Assembly: GCA_973895155.1 (NCBI GenBank)
Contig: OZ316891.1
Coordinates: 18,625,048 to 18,689,047 of the forward strand
Direction: 5' to 3'
Source: Marsupella aquatica
Taxonomy: Eukaryota; Plantae; Marchantiophyta
Length of the DNA: 64,000 nt
The notes beneath the pieces are model-generated. The model ran no database searches. It worked only from the letters and a program-made list of their open reading frames with translations, and was not told where the DNA came from. A program made the translations under genes and the position numbers. Positions 46,200-59,395 of this stretch are shown in pieces; position 1 is the first letter of the stretch; every line of letters starts with the position of its first letter.

Positions 46200-49100
46200 C
46201 ATTTGGTACTTCTGACCTCTAGTATGACAACCAAGATTACCCTAATTTGAGGTGTTTTCATTAATGACACACCATGAGGGACCTCTCTAATGACCACATA
46301 TGCAGTCAATTGCTCCAAATGACCTCCAACTGACTACCAAAATGACCCTTATTGTAGTCATTGACATTAATGACACACATTATGTGAAAATGACCCAATG
46401 AAGAGTATACTACCTCTCGGAGTGCCCCTTTACAATTCCTTTGGAATTTAATAGAATATATCCAAAATCCAAATATCGGCACAAACATGACATAGTTATA
46501 TAGAAGGACATAGTCTTCCACTAGTATTGCACTATATACCTCTTGGAGAGACAAAAACAATTTTTGTATGCATGCCTTAGGATGGTATGCATGCATGGTG
46601 ACACTTTTGGCAAATCACTCCAAAGTTGTATGACTTGGGAGTGATTTCCCCAAGGTTGCATCATCCCTTAAGTAATTGCAAAAACATGGCTCCAAAGTGC
46701 TCATGGTGCAACTAGTGGTTGGAGAATAGTGGGTATAGTACCCCGCACCTTGTGGAGAGGTTGCCACCTTCATGTAGAGCCCCATGGCACACTAGGGCCA
46801 CCTTAAGCTCCTAGACCCAAAAGGGTCATTTCTGATGGTCCGTAATGACACCATGAGGGACCTCTATAATGACCCCATATGGAGTCATTTGGCACAAATG
46901 ACTTCCAAAAGGACTGCCAAAATGACCCTTACTGCAGTCTTTGGCATTAATGACACACTATTCCTCCAAAATGACCCAATGAAGATTACAACACCTACTC
47001 ACAATGCCCCGACACTATTCATATGCAAAATGGAGTATTCCCCATCCAAACACCGGCACAAACATGACACAATTACATCACAAGATGACAACCTTCCATT
47101 GGTGTTGCGCTACTTCTTGGAGAGACAAAAAATGGCTCCATTTGCGCTTGGATATGGTGGTATGCATCCATGGTGACACTTTTGGCAAATCACTCCAAAG
47201 TTGTATGACTTGGGAGTGATTTCCCCAAGGTGCATCATGCCTTAAGTAAATGCAAAAACATGTGTCCAAAGTGTTCATGGCACAACTAGTGGTTGGACGA
47301 TGATGAGTATAGTGTCCCGCACCTAGTGGAGGGGGTTCTCACCTCTATGTGGGGCCCCATGGCACTCTAGGGCCCACCTCCAGCCCCCAGCCCCAAATTG
47401 GTCATTTGTGCTTCTGCTTAATGATTGCACAAGGGACCCCTCAAATGACCACAAATCCAGTCATTTGACTTATGTGACAGCCCATATGACAGATTTAATG
47501 ACCCTACTTGTAGTCATTGGTATTTATGACACCAATTTTTTCAGAAATGACTCAATGAAGATTACACTACCTTCTTGAGTGCCCCATCACTATTCATTTA
47601 ATAGAATATTCCCCATCCAAACACTGGCACAAACATGACACAATTACATGGAAGGACAACAGCCTTGCACTACTTCTTGCAGAGACAAAAAAAATGGCTT
47701 CATTTCCTTTAGATAGGATGGTATGCATCAATGGTGACACTTTTGGCAAATCACTCCAAAGTCGTACGACTTGGGAGTGATTTCCCCAAGATTATATCAT
47801 CCCTTAAGTAAACACAAAAACATGGCTCCAAACTGCTAATGGTGCAACTAGTGGTTGGAGAATAGTAATTATAGTATTTGACACCTAGTGAAGGGGTTGC
47901 GAGCTCTATGTGGTGCCACATGGCACTCTAGGGCCCACCTCCAGCCCTTAGCTCCAAATTGGTCATTCATGCTTGTCTTCAATGACTGCACTAGAGACCC
48001 CTCAAATGACAACAAGTCCAGTCATTTGAATTATATGACATCCCATATGACCAATTCAATGACCCTACTTGTGGTCATTGGCACTTATGACATGACTTTG
48101 TTAAAAAATGACCCAAAGAAGGTCCTAGTACCGCCAGAGAGAGCCCGCTCTACATTCCTTGCAAAAATGGAATAATCGTATACCTTTAAACATCAGACAC
48201 ATCATAGAGGGAAGCACCACTGCCACACCCATTCCATTGGTGTTGCGCTACCTCTTGGAGAGACAAAAAAGGGCTTCATTTGCGTTTGGAACAGTGGTAT
48301 GCATCCATGGTGACACTTTTGGCAAATCACTCCAAAGTCATACGACTTGGGAGTGATTTCCCCAAAGGTGCATCATGCCTTAAGTAAACGCAAAAACATG
48401 TGTCCAAGGTGTTTATGTCGCAACTAGTGGTTGGACAATGATGAGTATAGTGTCCCGCACGTAGTGGAGGGGTTCTCACCTCTATGTGGGGCCACATGGC
48501 ACTCTAGGGCCCACCTCCAGCCCCTAGCCCCAAACTGGTCATTTGTGCTTTTCCTTAATGACTGCATAAGGGACCCCTCAAATGACCACAAATCCAGTCA
48601 TTAGACTGATATGACTCTCCATATGACAGTTTTAATGACCTTGCTTTTAGTCATTGATATTTATGATGGTCCATTGCTCACATATGACCCAATAAAGGCC
48701 CTAGTACCTCCAAAGAGAGCCCGCTTTAGATTCCTTGCAAGGTTGGAATATTCCTCTTCCCTAAACCCACACCCACACCATACAGGGAAGCACGACTCCC
48801 CTGCCCATTCCATTGGTGCAACACCACCTCTTGGAGAACCCAAAAACAACTTTTATTTGCCTTTGTATGTGATGGTGTGCATGCATGGCAACACTTTTGG
48901 AAAATCACTCCAAAGTCGTACGACTTGGGAGTGATTTCCCCAAAGGTGCATCATGCCTTAAGGAAACACAAAAACATGTGTCCAAAGTGTTTATGTCGCA
49001 ACTAGTGGTTGGACAATGATGAGTATAGTGTCCCGCACCTCGTGGAGGGGTTCTCACCTCTATGTGGGGCCCCATGGCACTCTAGGGCGCACCTCCAACC

Positions 49101-50240
49101 CCTAGCCCCAAAATGGTCATTTGTGCTTTTCCTTAATGACTGCATGAGGGACCCCTCAAATGACAATAATTCAGGTCATTCCACTTATATGACATCCAAT
49201 GTGACCATTTTAATGACCTTTCTTGTAGTAATTGGCATTTATGACGGGCCATTGCTCACATATGACCCAATAAAGGCCCTAGTACCTCCAAAGAGAGCCA
49301 GCTTTAGATTCCTTGCAAGGTTGGAATATTCCCAAACCCTAATCCCGCAGCCACACCATGCTAAGAAGCACGACTCCCCTGCCCATTCCATTCGTGCAGC
49401 ACTACCTCTTGGAGAACCAAAAAACAGGTTTTATTTGCCTTTGGATGTGATGGTATACATCCATGGTTGCACTTTTGGCAAATCACTCCAAAGTCGTACG
49501 ACTTGGGAGTGATTTCCCCAAAGGTGCATCATGCCTTAAGGAAACACAAAAACATGTGTCCAAAGTGTTTATGTCGCAACTAGTGGTTGGACAATGATGA
49601 GTATAGTGTCCCGCACCTAGTGGAGGGGTTCTCACCTCTATGTGGGGCCCATGGCACTCTAGGGCCCACCTCAAGCCCCTAGCCCCAAAATGGTCATTTG
49701 TGCTTTTCCTTAATGACTACATAAGGGACCCCTCAAATGACCACAAATCCAGTCATTAGACTGATATGACTCTCCATATGACAATTTTAATGACCCTACT
49801 TTTAGTCATTGGCATTTATGACGGGCCATTGCTCACATATGACCCAATAAAGGCCCTAGTACCTCCAAAGAGAGCTAGCTTTAGATTCCTTGCAAGGTTG
49901 GAATATTCCTCTTCCCTAAACCTGCACCCACACCATACTGAGAAGCATTACTCCCCTGCCCATTCCATTGGGGCAGCACTACCTCTTGGAGAACCAAAAA
50001 ACAACTTTTATTTGCCTTTGGATGTGATGGTATGCATGCATTTATTTGCAAATTAAAATATTCCCCGTCCAAACACCGGCACAAACATGACACAATTACA
50101 ACAAAGCATGACAACCTTCCATTGGTATTGCCCTACTTCTTGGAGAGACAAAAAGGTTTCATTTGCCCCATGGATACGATAGTATGCGCGCATCCATATA
50201 TGATGACACTTCTGGAAAATCACTCCAAAGGTGTATGACT
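46200..50240. repeat. Large tandem array inside CACTA B, about 575-bp unit, about 7 diverged copies
   Basis: CACTTTTGGCAAATCACTCCAAAG marker near 46600, 47175, 47737, 48313, 48892, 49469 and 50206. Confidence 0.9.
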
Positions 50241-50319
50241 CTACAATTATGATAGGTGTCTGGAATGACTATTGAGTATTTTAATCTTCATATCTCTTGG
50301 GTTCTTTAATGACTCTATA

Positions 50320-50830
50320 AGTAGTCATTTATGTAATAAGTCCATAATGACTGTATGTTATTGTAAACATTGATATATCCTGATTTTTAGATTGCCCTAT
50401 ATTTAGTCATTTATGCGACAAGTCCATAATGACAGTATGTTGTTGAAAACACCGATATATCCTAATTTCAAGATTGACTGTGGAGTTAGTCATTTATGAG
50501 AGAAGTCCATAATGACGGTATGTTCTTGTAAACACTGATATGTCCTAATTTCAAGATTGACCCTAGAGTTAGTCATTTATGGCAGAAGTCCATAATGACA
50601 ATATGTTGTGTAAACACTGATATATTCTCATTTTCAGATTGACCCTAAATTTTGTCATTTATGAGAGAAGTCCATAATGACGGTATGTTCTTGTAAACAC
50701 TAATATGTCCTAATTTCAAGATTGACCCTAGAGTTAGTCATTTATGGCAGAAGTCCATAATGACAATATGTTGTTGTAAACACTGATATATTCTCATTTT
50801 CAGATTGACCCTAAATTTTGTCATTTAACA
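50320..50830. repeat. Subterminal tandem array of B, about 83-bp unit, 6 copies, each with a GTCATTTATG...CATAATGAC inverted pair
   Basis: AGTCCATAATGAC near 50339, 50421, 50504, 50587, 50669 and 50752. Confidence 0.9.
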
Positions 50831-51215
50831 CCGTTGGTTAAAATGACGATAATACATTTTTTGTCATTTATCACCGTTGCCCAAAATGATGCAAATAGAT
50901 TTTTGGTCATTTCAGTCATTGTCCAGAGTGACTATAATGTTGCTAAACACTGATTTATCATTGTTGTTATTAATTGTGTCATTTAAGACATGTGTCTAAA
51001 TTGACCATTTAGGGAAATTGGGTCATTTTGGTCGCATCAGTCATTATAGACATTATACAAAATGACGAAAAAATTAACATTTTGTCATTTCAGTCTATTG
51101 GTCATTGTGGACAGTCATTCCCCCGTCATTCTTTTTGTGTCATTAAAACTTTTGGTCATTTATTCATCTCTGTCATTGGGTGATTGGTCATAAAGGGCCC
51201 TGTTTTCTTCTAGTG

Positions 51216-52880
51216 TTAGTAAGACAGAGAAGACTAAGTTCTTAGAGGTATTGTTGACCTTTAAAGGGCCCACTGGTTTCAGCAGTTCTCTGGCTAAATG
51301 TGTCACAGTTAAGAAGAAGTTATCAGGGCTGAAATCTCACAATTTCCATCACCTCATGCAACAAATCCTTCCATTGGCAACTTAACAATGGGATTACTTG
51401 ATGAAGGTGTTCAGTTGGCCATAGCCAGAGTGAGCAATGTGTGGCGTACCATCTGTGCCAAGGTTTGGGATCCCTCACAGTACGACTCTGTGATGATGGA
51501 TGTTGCATTCACACTCTGCCTTATGGAAATTCATTTCCCACCAAGCTTCTTTGATGTCATGACCCATCTGTTGATTCATCTGGTTCATAAACTAGACATC
51601 TGTGGTCCAGTGAACATTAGATGGATGTACCCAATAGAAAGATATCTAAAGACCTTGAAGGGTTATGTTTGAAACAAGGCACGTCCAGAGGCTTCTATGG
51701 CTGAAGGCTACCTTCTGGATGAATCTTTAGGATTCCTTTCTGAATACATGATCGATGTTAAGGGGACAGGAATGAGAACATGGGACTTGGAGGAGAATCC
51801 TGGTGTTGCAGGCATTGTCTTGGAAGGAGCTGGAAAACAGATCACCTTGGAGTGGAATGATATGATAGCTATGCATCATTACATACTAGAGAATGAAGAG
51901 CTGGTGGAACCATGGTATAGGTATGAGCATGGTTTATATTGTTAAGTTCTCTGTTGTTTATTATTAAACAAAATTGAGTTTTGAGCAGAAATTGTGTGGC
52001 CTAGGAGCTGATTGTCATTCTTGCCATATATGCAGGGTTTATGATGATCAAAAGGAGGCAGTTACCAAGCACAGAGCAGATTTCCGAAAAGAATGGATGA
52101 AGAATCCAGGAAATCGGAGGAATCCTGTGCCTTATCCCTCTGATTTGGATGAGTTGCCTCTTTTTTGAGAATGGTTTGAAGTGACAATTAGAAGGCATAA
52201 TTTTGAGAATGAGTTTGAACGAATGGTGTTGGCAGCGTATAGTGTACCACATAGTCTGAAGGCACTGCGGTACAGGGCCTGCAGAGCCTATGGGCACCAT
52301 TGGAGGACCATTTCATCACTAGGTTTCTTGATTGATTGTGACTCATCTGGGTTCAAGACTTTTGATTCTGGGATGGCTTGTACATTCACTGAGAAGCGGG
52401 TCATTAGGTCAGGGGCAACAGTAGATGAATCTGTACAATATGTGGGGGTGTTGACAGACATCTTAGTGTTGAACTATGGGCCTCTGATAAAGGAAGTGGT
52501 CCTTTTCAAAGGAAGGTGGGCAAACCCATCTTGGACTGCCAAAGCCACTACAAGTATGAGATATGATGCGTCTGGATTGTGGCAAGTAAATTTTCAGAAG
52601 GAGCTAGGTGCTTCCAAGAAAATGGACTATGTATTGCCACGACATATAACAAGTGTTTTTTTACCCAAATGATAAGGGGATTGCATGGAGGACAATCCTC
52701 CACAAGGAATCCAGGTCTAGCTACAAGGGTGTTGGGTGATTACATGGAAGTTGATTTCCATGATACTATGGATGACAATGCTAAGTTTCACATAGAGTTG
52801 GCAGAAGCCTGTACAATTAGATAGGAGCCTAGACCAAGTACTACAGACAAAGGAAAAAGAAAGTATAAAAGGAAATGAAT
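51216..52880 (+). pseudogene. tnpD: CACTA A TnpD, 3' half (DUF4218 and DUF4216-like regions)
   Basis: GPTGFSSSLAKCVT, FPPSFFDVMTHL, RWMYPIERY, MAEGY, YRACRAYGHHWRT; stops and frameshifts. Confidence 0.92.
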
Positions 52881-53174
52881 GGTTTGAAGATATTGTACAG
52901 TCCGGTTTCATTTAGTTGGGAGTGGGATCATACTAACATGGCATGCCATGGTCTAGCAGTGAATGCAGCAAATACCTCCATATGAGGAGGAACAAAATAA
53001 GAAAGTAGCAAACAATAGAAAATTCAGGGAGATATTTGGATCAAATTTCAATTTCATGTGAGTATAATCTTGCCTGTTATTTTGAATGTGCAAAGATGTG
53101 TTAATATTGCTCATCAGCAATATTAGTTGGTTTTTGGTACTTGTCATTCATGAATTGATATTCTTTGATGTAGA

Positions 53175-55964
53175 CTGGGTGCAACACAGATTGTAGGGTG
53201 CAAGAAGGAAACAAGTGCACGTCGAACTCCTAGAAGTGAGGTTACCACACACAGGAGACAGAGCTCCAGACTATCAAGAATTGCCTCAGTGAGTATGGCA
53301 GAGTCTGGTGATGAGGGCTCTGAATCAGATTATGACACTGATGCTGAGTACAGTGAAGATGAGAAACCAGAAAGTTCATCCAAGGTGAGATTCCTAAAGT
53401 ATTACATTTCACCAACATTATGAGGAAACTATAGACATTGGTAGTGATTTTGTTTAATAATATTGGTTTTAACTTGATCTGGATAGGAACATCTGCAACC
53501 TCCATCTAAGAGCTTGGCAGATGCAAAAGAAACCCCTACAAAGGTTGGACCTTCCATGAGTGGCATGGTGCAATGTTACAAAAACCCTGTGACTGGCCAG
53601 CTATTTGAATGTAAGTAATTTCAAAGAATTTCAATGTATTTTTCAATGTTGATCTATATGAATGTTGGACTTATAACTTCAGTGGTTTGCATGTGTATAG
53701 TGGTGGTTCCATCAACATCGATTGGAAAATCTGGACACTCTGTAGTAGTGACATCCAGTCAGGGTTCAGGTAAGTCAATTTCAATGAAGCCTCCTAGGTA
53801 TTATATTGTAATATTTCTTGTTCCTCATTTTGCAATTGTGGATGATCAATATTGGATGCTCATTGTGTATGTAGAGGGAAGAAAGACTGCAACAGAGCAA
53901 CGCAGGGAATCTAGGCAAGCCAAGAAACAATTTCAGAGAACCGGTTGTGCAAGAATGGCTGACAATAAGAAGGGAAAATTGATAACGGTAAGATTTTCAT
54001 TGCACATTTCACATTGTGGCCTATAATTTGTGTACTCAGAAGCAATTGGGTGTTTGTTTCATTCCCAATGTTGATGACTATCATTTGTGGTGTTTTCTTC
54101 AGATTCATGACAATGATATTGATGATTCTCATCCTAATAAACCATATTGGATGGAGGAGCTACGTGCCAATGTCTTGAGGCTTTTTGATGTATCAGAACC
54201 TGATTGGAACAAACAAGATCCAAAGATAATTGAGGATTGCAGAAATTGATGGAGGCAGATTGGGAGTATCCAGATAAGCAGTCAGTGTCTGGCAAGAAAT
54301 TTATTAGTCACTGTCGGACGTTATTGAAAAGAGAACGTCACAAACTAAATACTTATATTGGAAGGATGTATGTAAACGTGATCGCTCCAAACCAGGACCT
54401 CAATATGTTGACCCATTGAAATGGGCACGACTGGTGGATCATTTTGATAGTCCTGCTTTGCTTGCAAGGAGTGCTGTGATGAAAGCAAGGAGGGCAGAAG
54501 TGGTGAACAAAGAGCATTTTGGAAGAGGAGGGGCTGCTGGAGCAGAAAAAAGATTGGTAAGAATCTTCAGATGGTCCATCTCACTGCCTAGACTATCATT
54601 TGAATTCAAGTGTTTATCTAGTATAGGAATAAACAATGACATGATAAGTTCTCATTAACATTCCATTTGCTTTGAATGTGATTATGTGTTTTCAGAAAGC
54701 AAGAGGAATGACAAGTCCTGTTATATCAAAACTTGTGTCTAGTAGTCCAGTCCCCCTAGTGCAGATCAGTCCATCTTTGGGCAGTGGTGAACATCGAGAT
54801 AGTAGTTTTGTTGGAACTGGATCTGCACATGGATCAGCGGTATGTAAATGAAAACCTGTGTGTATATTCAATTTGATTATCAGGTATTCATGATGTTCAA
54901 ACTGTCTTTGATGATTGACATTGTATGGTGTGTTTGTGTATGTAGACTCCACTGTCGAGGGAAACTACAATTCAGGAACCAGCTTGGTTACTCAAGCTTG
55001 AACAGTCTGTGGAGAATTTGACCAAGCTTGAGTTCAAAGTGGACAATTTGACATCTATGATGACTTCTTTCATTGCACAGAGTCAACAGAATCAGTTCCA
55101 TATGCAATTATCAAATGCAGTTGCTACTAAGGTGGTGGTTGAGCCTAAAGATAGTAGCAGGAAGCGTTCTCTTACTTTCTCAGGTGATGGTGATGGTAAG
55201 AACATACAAGCTTATACTCTAAACATGTTATGTTATAATTTATTTCTCAATTTAGAATTAAGTTTTCTAAGCATTCATTGTTTTGTTTTGTTTTGTTGTA
55301 GCTTCTTCAGGGGAGAATCTTGTATCACAGCGAGAGAAATCGGATACCTTAACAAGGCAGAAGCCAAAGCCAAGTATGGGAGAAACAAATTTGGGAGCAC
55401 TGCAGGAACCTTGCATTGTACAAAGCAGCATTGGTAATGTGAGAGTGATGAGATTGCTGTCACAGATGAACAGATAGTGTCAAATGCAATTCAGGAACAA
55501 GAGGCTACACCACCTAGGCCTTCAAAGAGGTTCAAGAAATCAACCTCTATCACTATCTCACCTAGTGAACGAGTACCAGTTCTCTCCCCAAATCCAGCAG
55601 CAAAGGTGAAATTGTCTTTAGTTGGCTTATGTTGTTAAATTGATGATATGTCCAAATCAGTACTACAAGTATTTTGTTCTAACAATTTTGTGTGTGGCAG
55701 TTTTCAAAAGGAGATGCTGTAGAAATACGAAGCGTTGTGGATCGCTCTATACTTGTTGCTAGAGGTGAAGTGACAGGGTTACCAGGAGAGGATAAATTTC
55801 ATTGTGTCATGATTGAGAACCCTTGGGTGCGAGTATCAGTTCAGGCAGTGTATTGTGATGATGCAGCATTGCCAATGCCCAACAAAGAAGAGAAACAACT
55901 CTGCTTACGGGATGTGTTAGGAATGAATACATTGTGGAATGCTAGGTTTCTTCGGAAGTGTTGA
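53175..55964 (+). pseudogene. CACTA A TnpA-like multi-exon gene, degenerate
   Basis: QIHDNDIDDSHPNKPYWMEELRANVLRLFDVS, KWARLVDHF...HFGRGG, RKRSLTFSGD and VARGEVTGLPGEDKFHC are homologous to B exons; frameshifts. Confidence 0.8.
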
Positions 55965-56254
55965 ACATTTTCTCTAATCATGTAGAACAGACAATTTTTG
56001 AATATTTTGGTTACCATTGTTTCACTCATGCGAGTGGAAAATGAGTACTTTCTATCATTTCATCATAAAGACTTGTGTTTTTTCAATTGTTCTATATTAG
56101 AGCTTGTGAATGGTGGAGTGTGAATTTTCCAAATACAATGATGAATGATGGATAAAGTGATGTTTTTATTTAGCGTTTTAAGTGGATTCATTGTATATGA
56201 TTTTGAATATAACTATGAGCTCCTCTTAGATACATCCCAAATGACATTACTTAA

Positions 56255-56495
56255 AGATACTCTGTATGATACCCTATATGACACTCTATATGACACCCTA
56301 TATGACACCATGTATGACACCCTCAATGATACCTTGTATGACATTATGTATGACACCATGTATGACACCCTCAATGACACCATGTATGACACCCTCAATG
56401 ACACCCTCAATGACACCCTCAATGACATCTTGTATGACATTTTTAATGACACCATGTATGACATCCTCAATGACACCCTAAATGACACCTTAAAT
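56255..56495. repeat. 12-bp tandem repeat (WATGACACCCTM-like), about 19 copies, subterminal to A
   Basis: Translates as repeated DTLY/DTLN/DTMY; carries the ATGAC core. Confidence 0.92.
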
Positions 56496-57156
56496 GGTTT
56501 ATTATTGTGTCATTTACGACATGTCTGATATGACATATAATGACAACCATGCGTACTTGCCACGTGTTGTGATATGATTTGTTTAAATATGTGTCATTAA
56601 AGACATGACCAAATGACCGATGGCCGTTCATTCAGTCATTTAAGACAACCTGTCATTTCAAAAATATTATGTCATTTAGGACTATCATAAATGACTAATG
56701 AGAGTTTTAGTCATTTGTCTTAATTGACTGTCCTAAAAGACGAGGCAGGTATGACAGGAAAGCTCTAGTCATATATTGGTACATATGACTCATTTTTCAG
56801 TCCTCATTTTAGTCTTTTAAGACACTATTTTCCACTAGTGATGTGTAAACAACTAACCAGGATCCCGACCAGGATCTTGTTTTGTATGACATTCTAGGAT
56901 GACTTCCTTCCGTATTGATAGGATTCGCGTCCAAGGGGTGAAGACATTTGCATCATTATTGGAGAGAGCTCATGATCCCCCTGTTGGTGGGCAACTTAAA
57001 GCCCACACTTGAGTTCATGTTGTGGCGGTCATCCTTGATTGGAATGTTTCTCATATTTAGGATGCATGCACCAAGAAGATCCAATAGTTGACCTCAGTCT
57101 CCCATTTGCAAGAGAGCATGTGGACCGTCATGCCAATTGGATATGGATGGAGGCCC

Positions 57157-58030
57157 TCAGCCATCATTAATTACATGCAAGTCTCTGTGACAATAGGGAG
57201 GACGCACCCCGTGTATGTCTCCTGTAGCAATTTGCTTCTTGAATAGCTCCATGAGTAGTTGCATCATCAGCGCAAATAGTAGCGATGAAAGGGGACAACC
57301 TTGCCTAACTCCTCTGCCCAGGTTGATAGGTTCAGTGAACCTGCCATTGATATGCACTTTCAAATGGGGTTGTTCAACCAAGCCTTTCACCAACGTGATA
57401 ATCTTCTCCTCAAATTTCATGGCTTGCATCACCGCCCATAGAAAGGAGTAAGCCACGTACACCCGATCGTACGCCTTGGTAAAATCAAGCTTCAGGAAAA
57501 TGAGGGGTTATTTTCTGAGTGGAGCCAGTTCCTGGGTCAGTTTCAAGGTCAGCAAGTTGTCCAGTATGTCCCTTCCTTCAAGAAACCCCGTCTATTGCTT
57601 ATCCACCAATTTGTTCGCCACCTTCTTAATGCGATTCGCCAGGATCTTAGCGATCAACTTCTCTGTCAGTGTCAACATTGATAAGGAACGCCAATTACTT
57701 AGCTACAACACTTCCTGGTTCTAAGGTATCCACTTGATGACTCCTTTGGTAGCTAGCACGCATTGTCATCTTCCTGTCCTTCCAAAACTCCTTGATCATG
57801 GCCACACAGGCAGGTTTCATGAACTCCCATCCCTTCACTAACATCTCAGATGTGTCTCCACCAATCCCCGGGGATTTTTCTTTAGGAAGAGCCATCACAC
57901 TCTTCTCAATTTCTTCTTCATTGGGGATGCGACCCATCTCCTGATTCTCAACACATGTGACCTTCGCCTAAATCAGCCCTAGAACCTCATCTTGTTTCTC
58001 CCGATGTCCTTCGACCTGTTGGTCAAATCT
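57157..58030 (-). mobile_element. Degenerate LINE (L1-type) reverse transcriptase fragment
   Basis: EEEIEKSVMALPKEKSPG, KLDFTKAYDR-like segment at about 57465-57495, INGRFTEPINLGRGVRQGCPLSSLLF; frameshifts. Confidence 0.85.
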
Positions 58031-58039
58031 GAATAGTTT

Positions 58040-58802
58040 GCATGTTTATATGACATTCACAATTTTAAAAAGTCAAGGGTGTTTTCAATTACTTGAAAAA
58101 CTCTTTTATATGTTACAAAATGGTCAAATTTAACAACAAAAATTAATATTTTCATATTAACAAAGGATATTTTAATCAAAAGAAAAAATATTAAGAAGGC
58201 GTACAAGGATGGTGGGGTCTCTATTCTCAGGGAGGTTCACTTAATATATTAAGAGTGAGGGCCCAAGGTTACATGCCCCACCTAACACAATCAGAACATG
58301 TCATTCTAACACAATCAGAATTTGTCTTTTTGCCACAACCGGATTTTCACATTCTCCTAACATTGGACTTTCCCATTCTCTTAGCATCGGACTTTCCCAT
58401 TCTCCCAGTATCAGACTTTTGCATTCTCCAAGCATTGGACTTTCCCATTCTCCCACCATCAGACTTTGCCATTTACCACAATCGGATATAATATCCGTTC
58501 TTATCAACTACGAAACTTTTTTGATCATATTGTAATGCACATCATTTTCGTTAAAAAAAAGGTCGAACATATCAATGAAATTTTTTGTTGAGGTATTGAT
58601 GTGTTTTGTAACGGATATGATCCGTTTTTTAACGCATTGAAAAGGTTCCGTTGTTAATTATATCGGAAAGGAAGATATCCAAAGCCAAGAGTATGGCATA
58701 TATTGTCATTTTGTGATAATGGGAATTTCTGATTCTAAAGGAATTGAGCGTTGATTGTTTGCAAAAATTGAGCATAAAAAATCAGCTTAATATGTACTAG
58801 TG
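58040..58802 (-). mobile_element. Truncated end of the non-autonomous CACTA family seen at 13959-15688
   Basis: Ends ...CTTAATATGTACTAGTG at 58802, the reverse complement of the 13959 terminus; about 500 bp colinear homology including 21-bp repeats at 58340-58470. Confidence 0.88.
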
Positions 58803-58803
58803 A

Positions 58804-59020
58804 ATGGTTGCACCAGCATCGGAAGTTGAGGTACCAGCTTTAGAGGAAGAGGGACAGATGGCTACACCAGCATTGGAAGTTGGGGTACCAGCTACAAAGG
58901 GAGAGGCAGAGATGGCTGCACAAGTATTAGAAGTTGAGGTACTAGCTTCACAAGGAGAGGCACCAATGCCTGCACCAGAATCAGTAGTAGAGGTCCCAGC
59001 TGAAGAGGAGGAATGCACCA
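58804..59020 (+). repeat. 54-bp degenerate tandem repeat encoding an acidic Ala/Pro/Glu/Val-rich peptide, fragment of unknown origin
   Basis: Roughly four 18-aa units of the type ATPALEVGVPATKGEAEM. Confidence 0.6.
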
Positions 59021-59102
59021 TCAGGTGCAATAGCATCAGAAGTACCAGGTTCACCTATAATTTTTGTTATATTTAATACACTAAGTAAGAGACAGTGATG
59101 GA

Positions 59103-59395
59103 TGTTGGGGATAATCCCTATCCCGAGTCACCATGCACATGTGAACACCATACAAAGTAATCGACACAGCGAGTACGTGGTTCACCTCATGACCAAGGCT
59201 ACGTCCATGGGAAAGCAAGAGACCTTTACTTCTCTCTTGCCCAACTCCAACAATGAACTGAAGATCCACCAGGGACTAGCACCAACCTTGGCTATATACA
59301 CAACAACACTACCACTAACCTTAGCTAAGTCCTAACCTGAGTTAGCCTAACTGTGGTTAGCTCAAGAGTCACAAGACTAAGAGCAATACCTAACA
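59103..59395 (-). repeat. 3' LTR of the second copia element (293 bp)
   Basis: TGTTAGG...CCCAACA on the minus strand next to the PPT; shares GACGTAGCCT...GAGGTGAACCACGTA with the first element's LTR. Confidence 0.8.

Larger units (their letters stand above)
25831..51215 (-). mobile_element. CACTA element B, full length (25,385 bp including the nested copia)
   Basis: TIRs CACTAGTAGAAAACA and TGTTTTCTTCTAGTG (1 mismatch in 15); TSD TTA (25828-30 and 51216-18); removal rejoins the A frame PYCL-SKTEKTKFLEV. Confidence 0.96.
19200..56840 (+). mobile_element. CACTA element A (old, decayed; left TIR not found, left boundary approximate), interrupted by element B
   Basis: Gene order PHD gene, TnpD, TnpA-like, as in B. 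Right terminus ...TATTTTCCACTAGTG ends at 56840 after an ATGAC/GTCAT-rich subterminal region. Confidence 0.8.

Noticed and set aside
46835-50238. Recurrent ORFs ending FGKSLQSRTTWE
   Set aside because: Translations of the 575-bp repeat unit with inconsistent frames; no domain recognised
56145-56528. DTLY/DTLN repeat protein
   Set aside because: Translation of the 12-bp subterminal repeat
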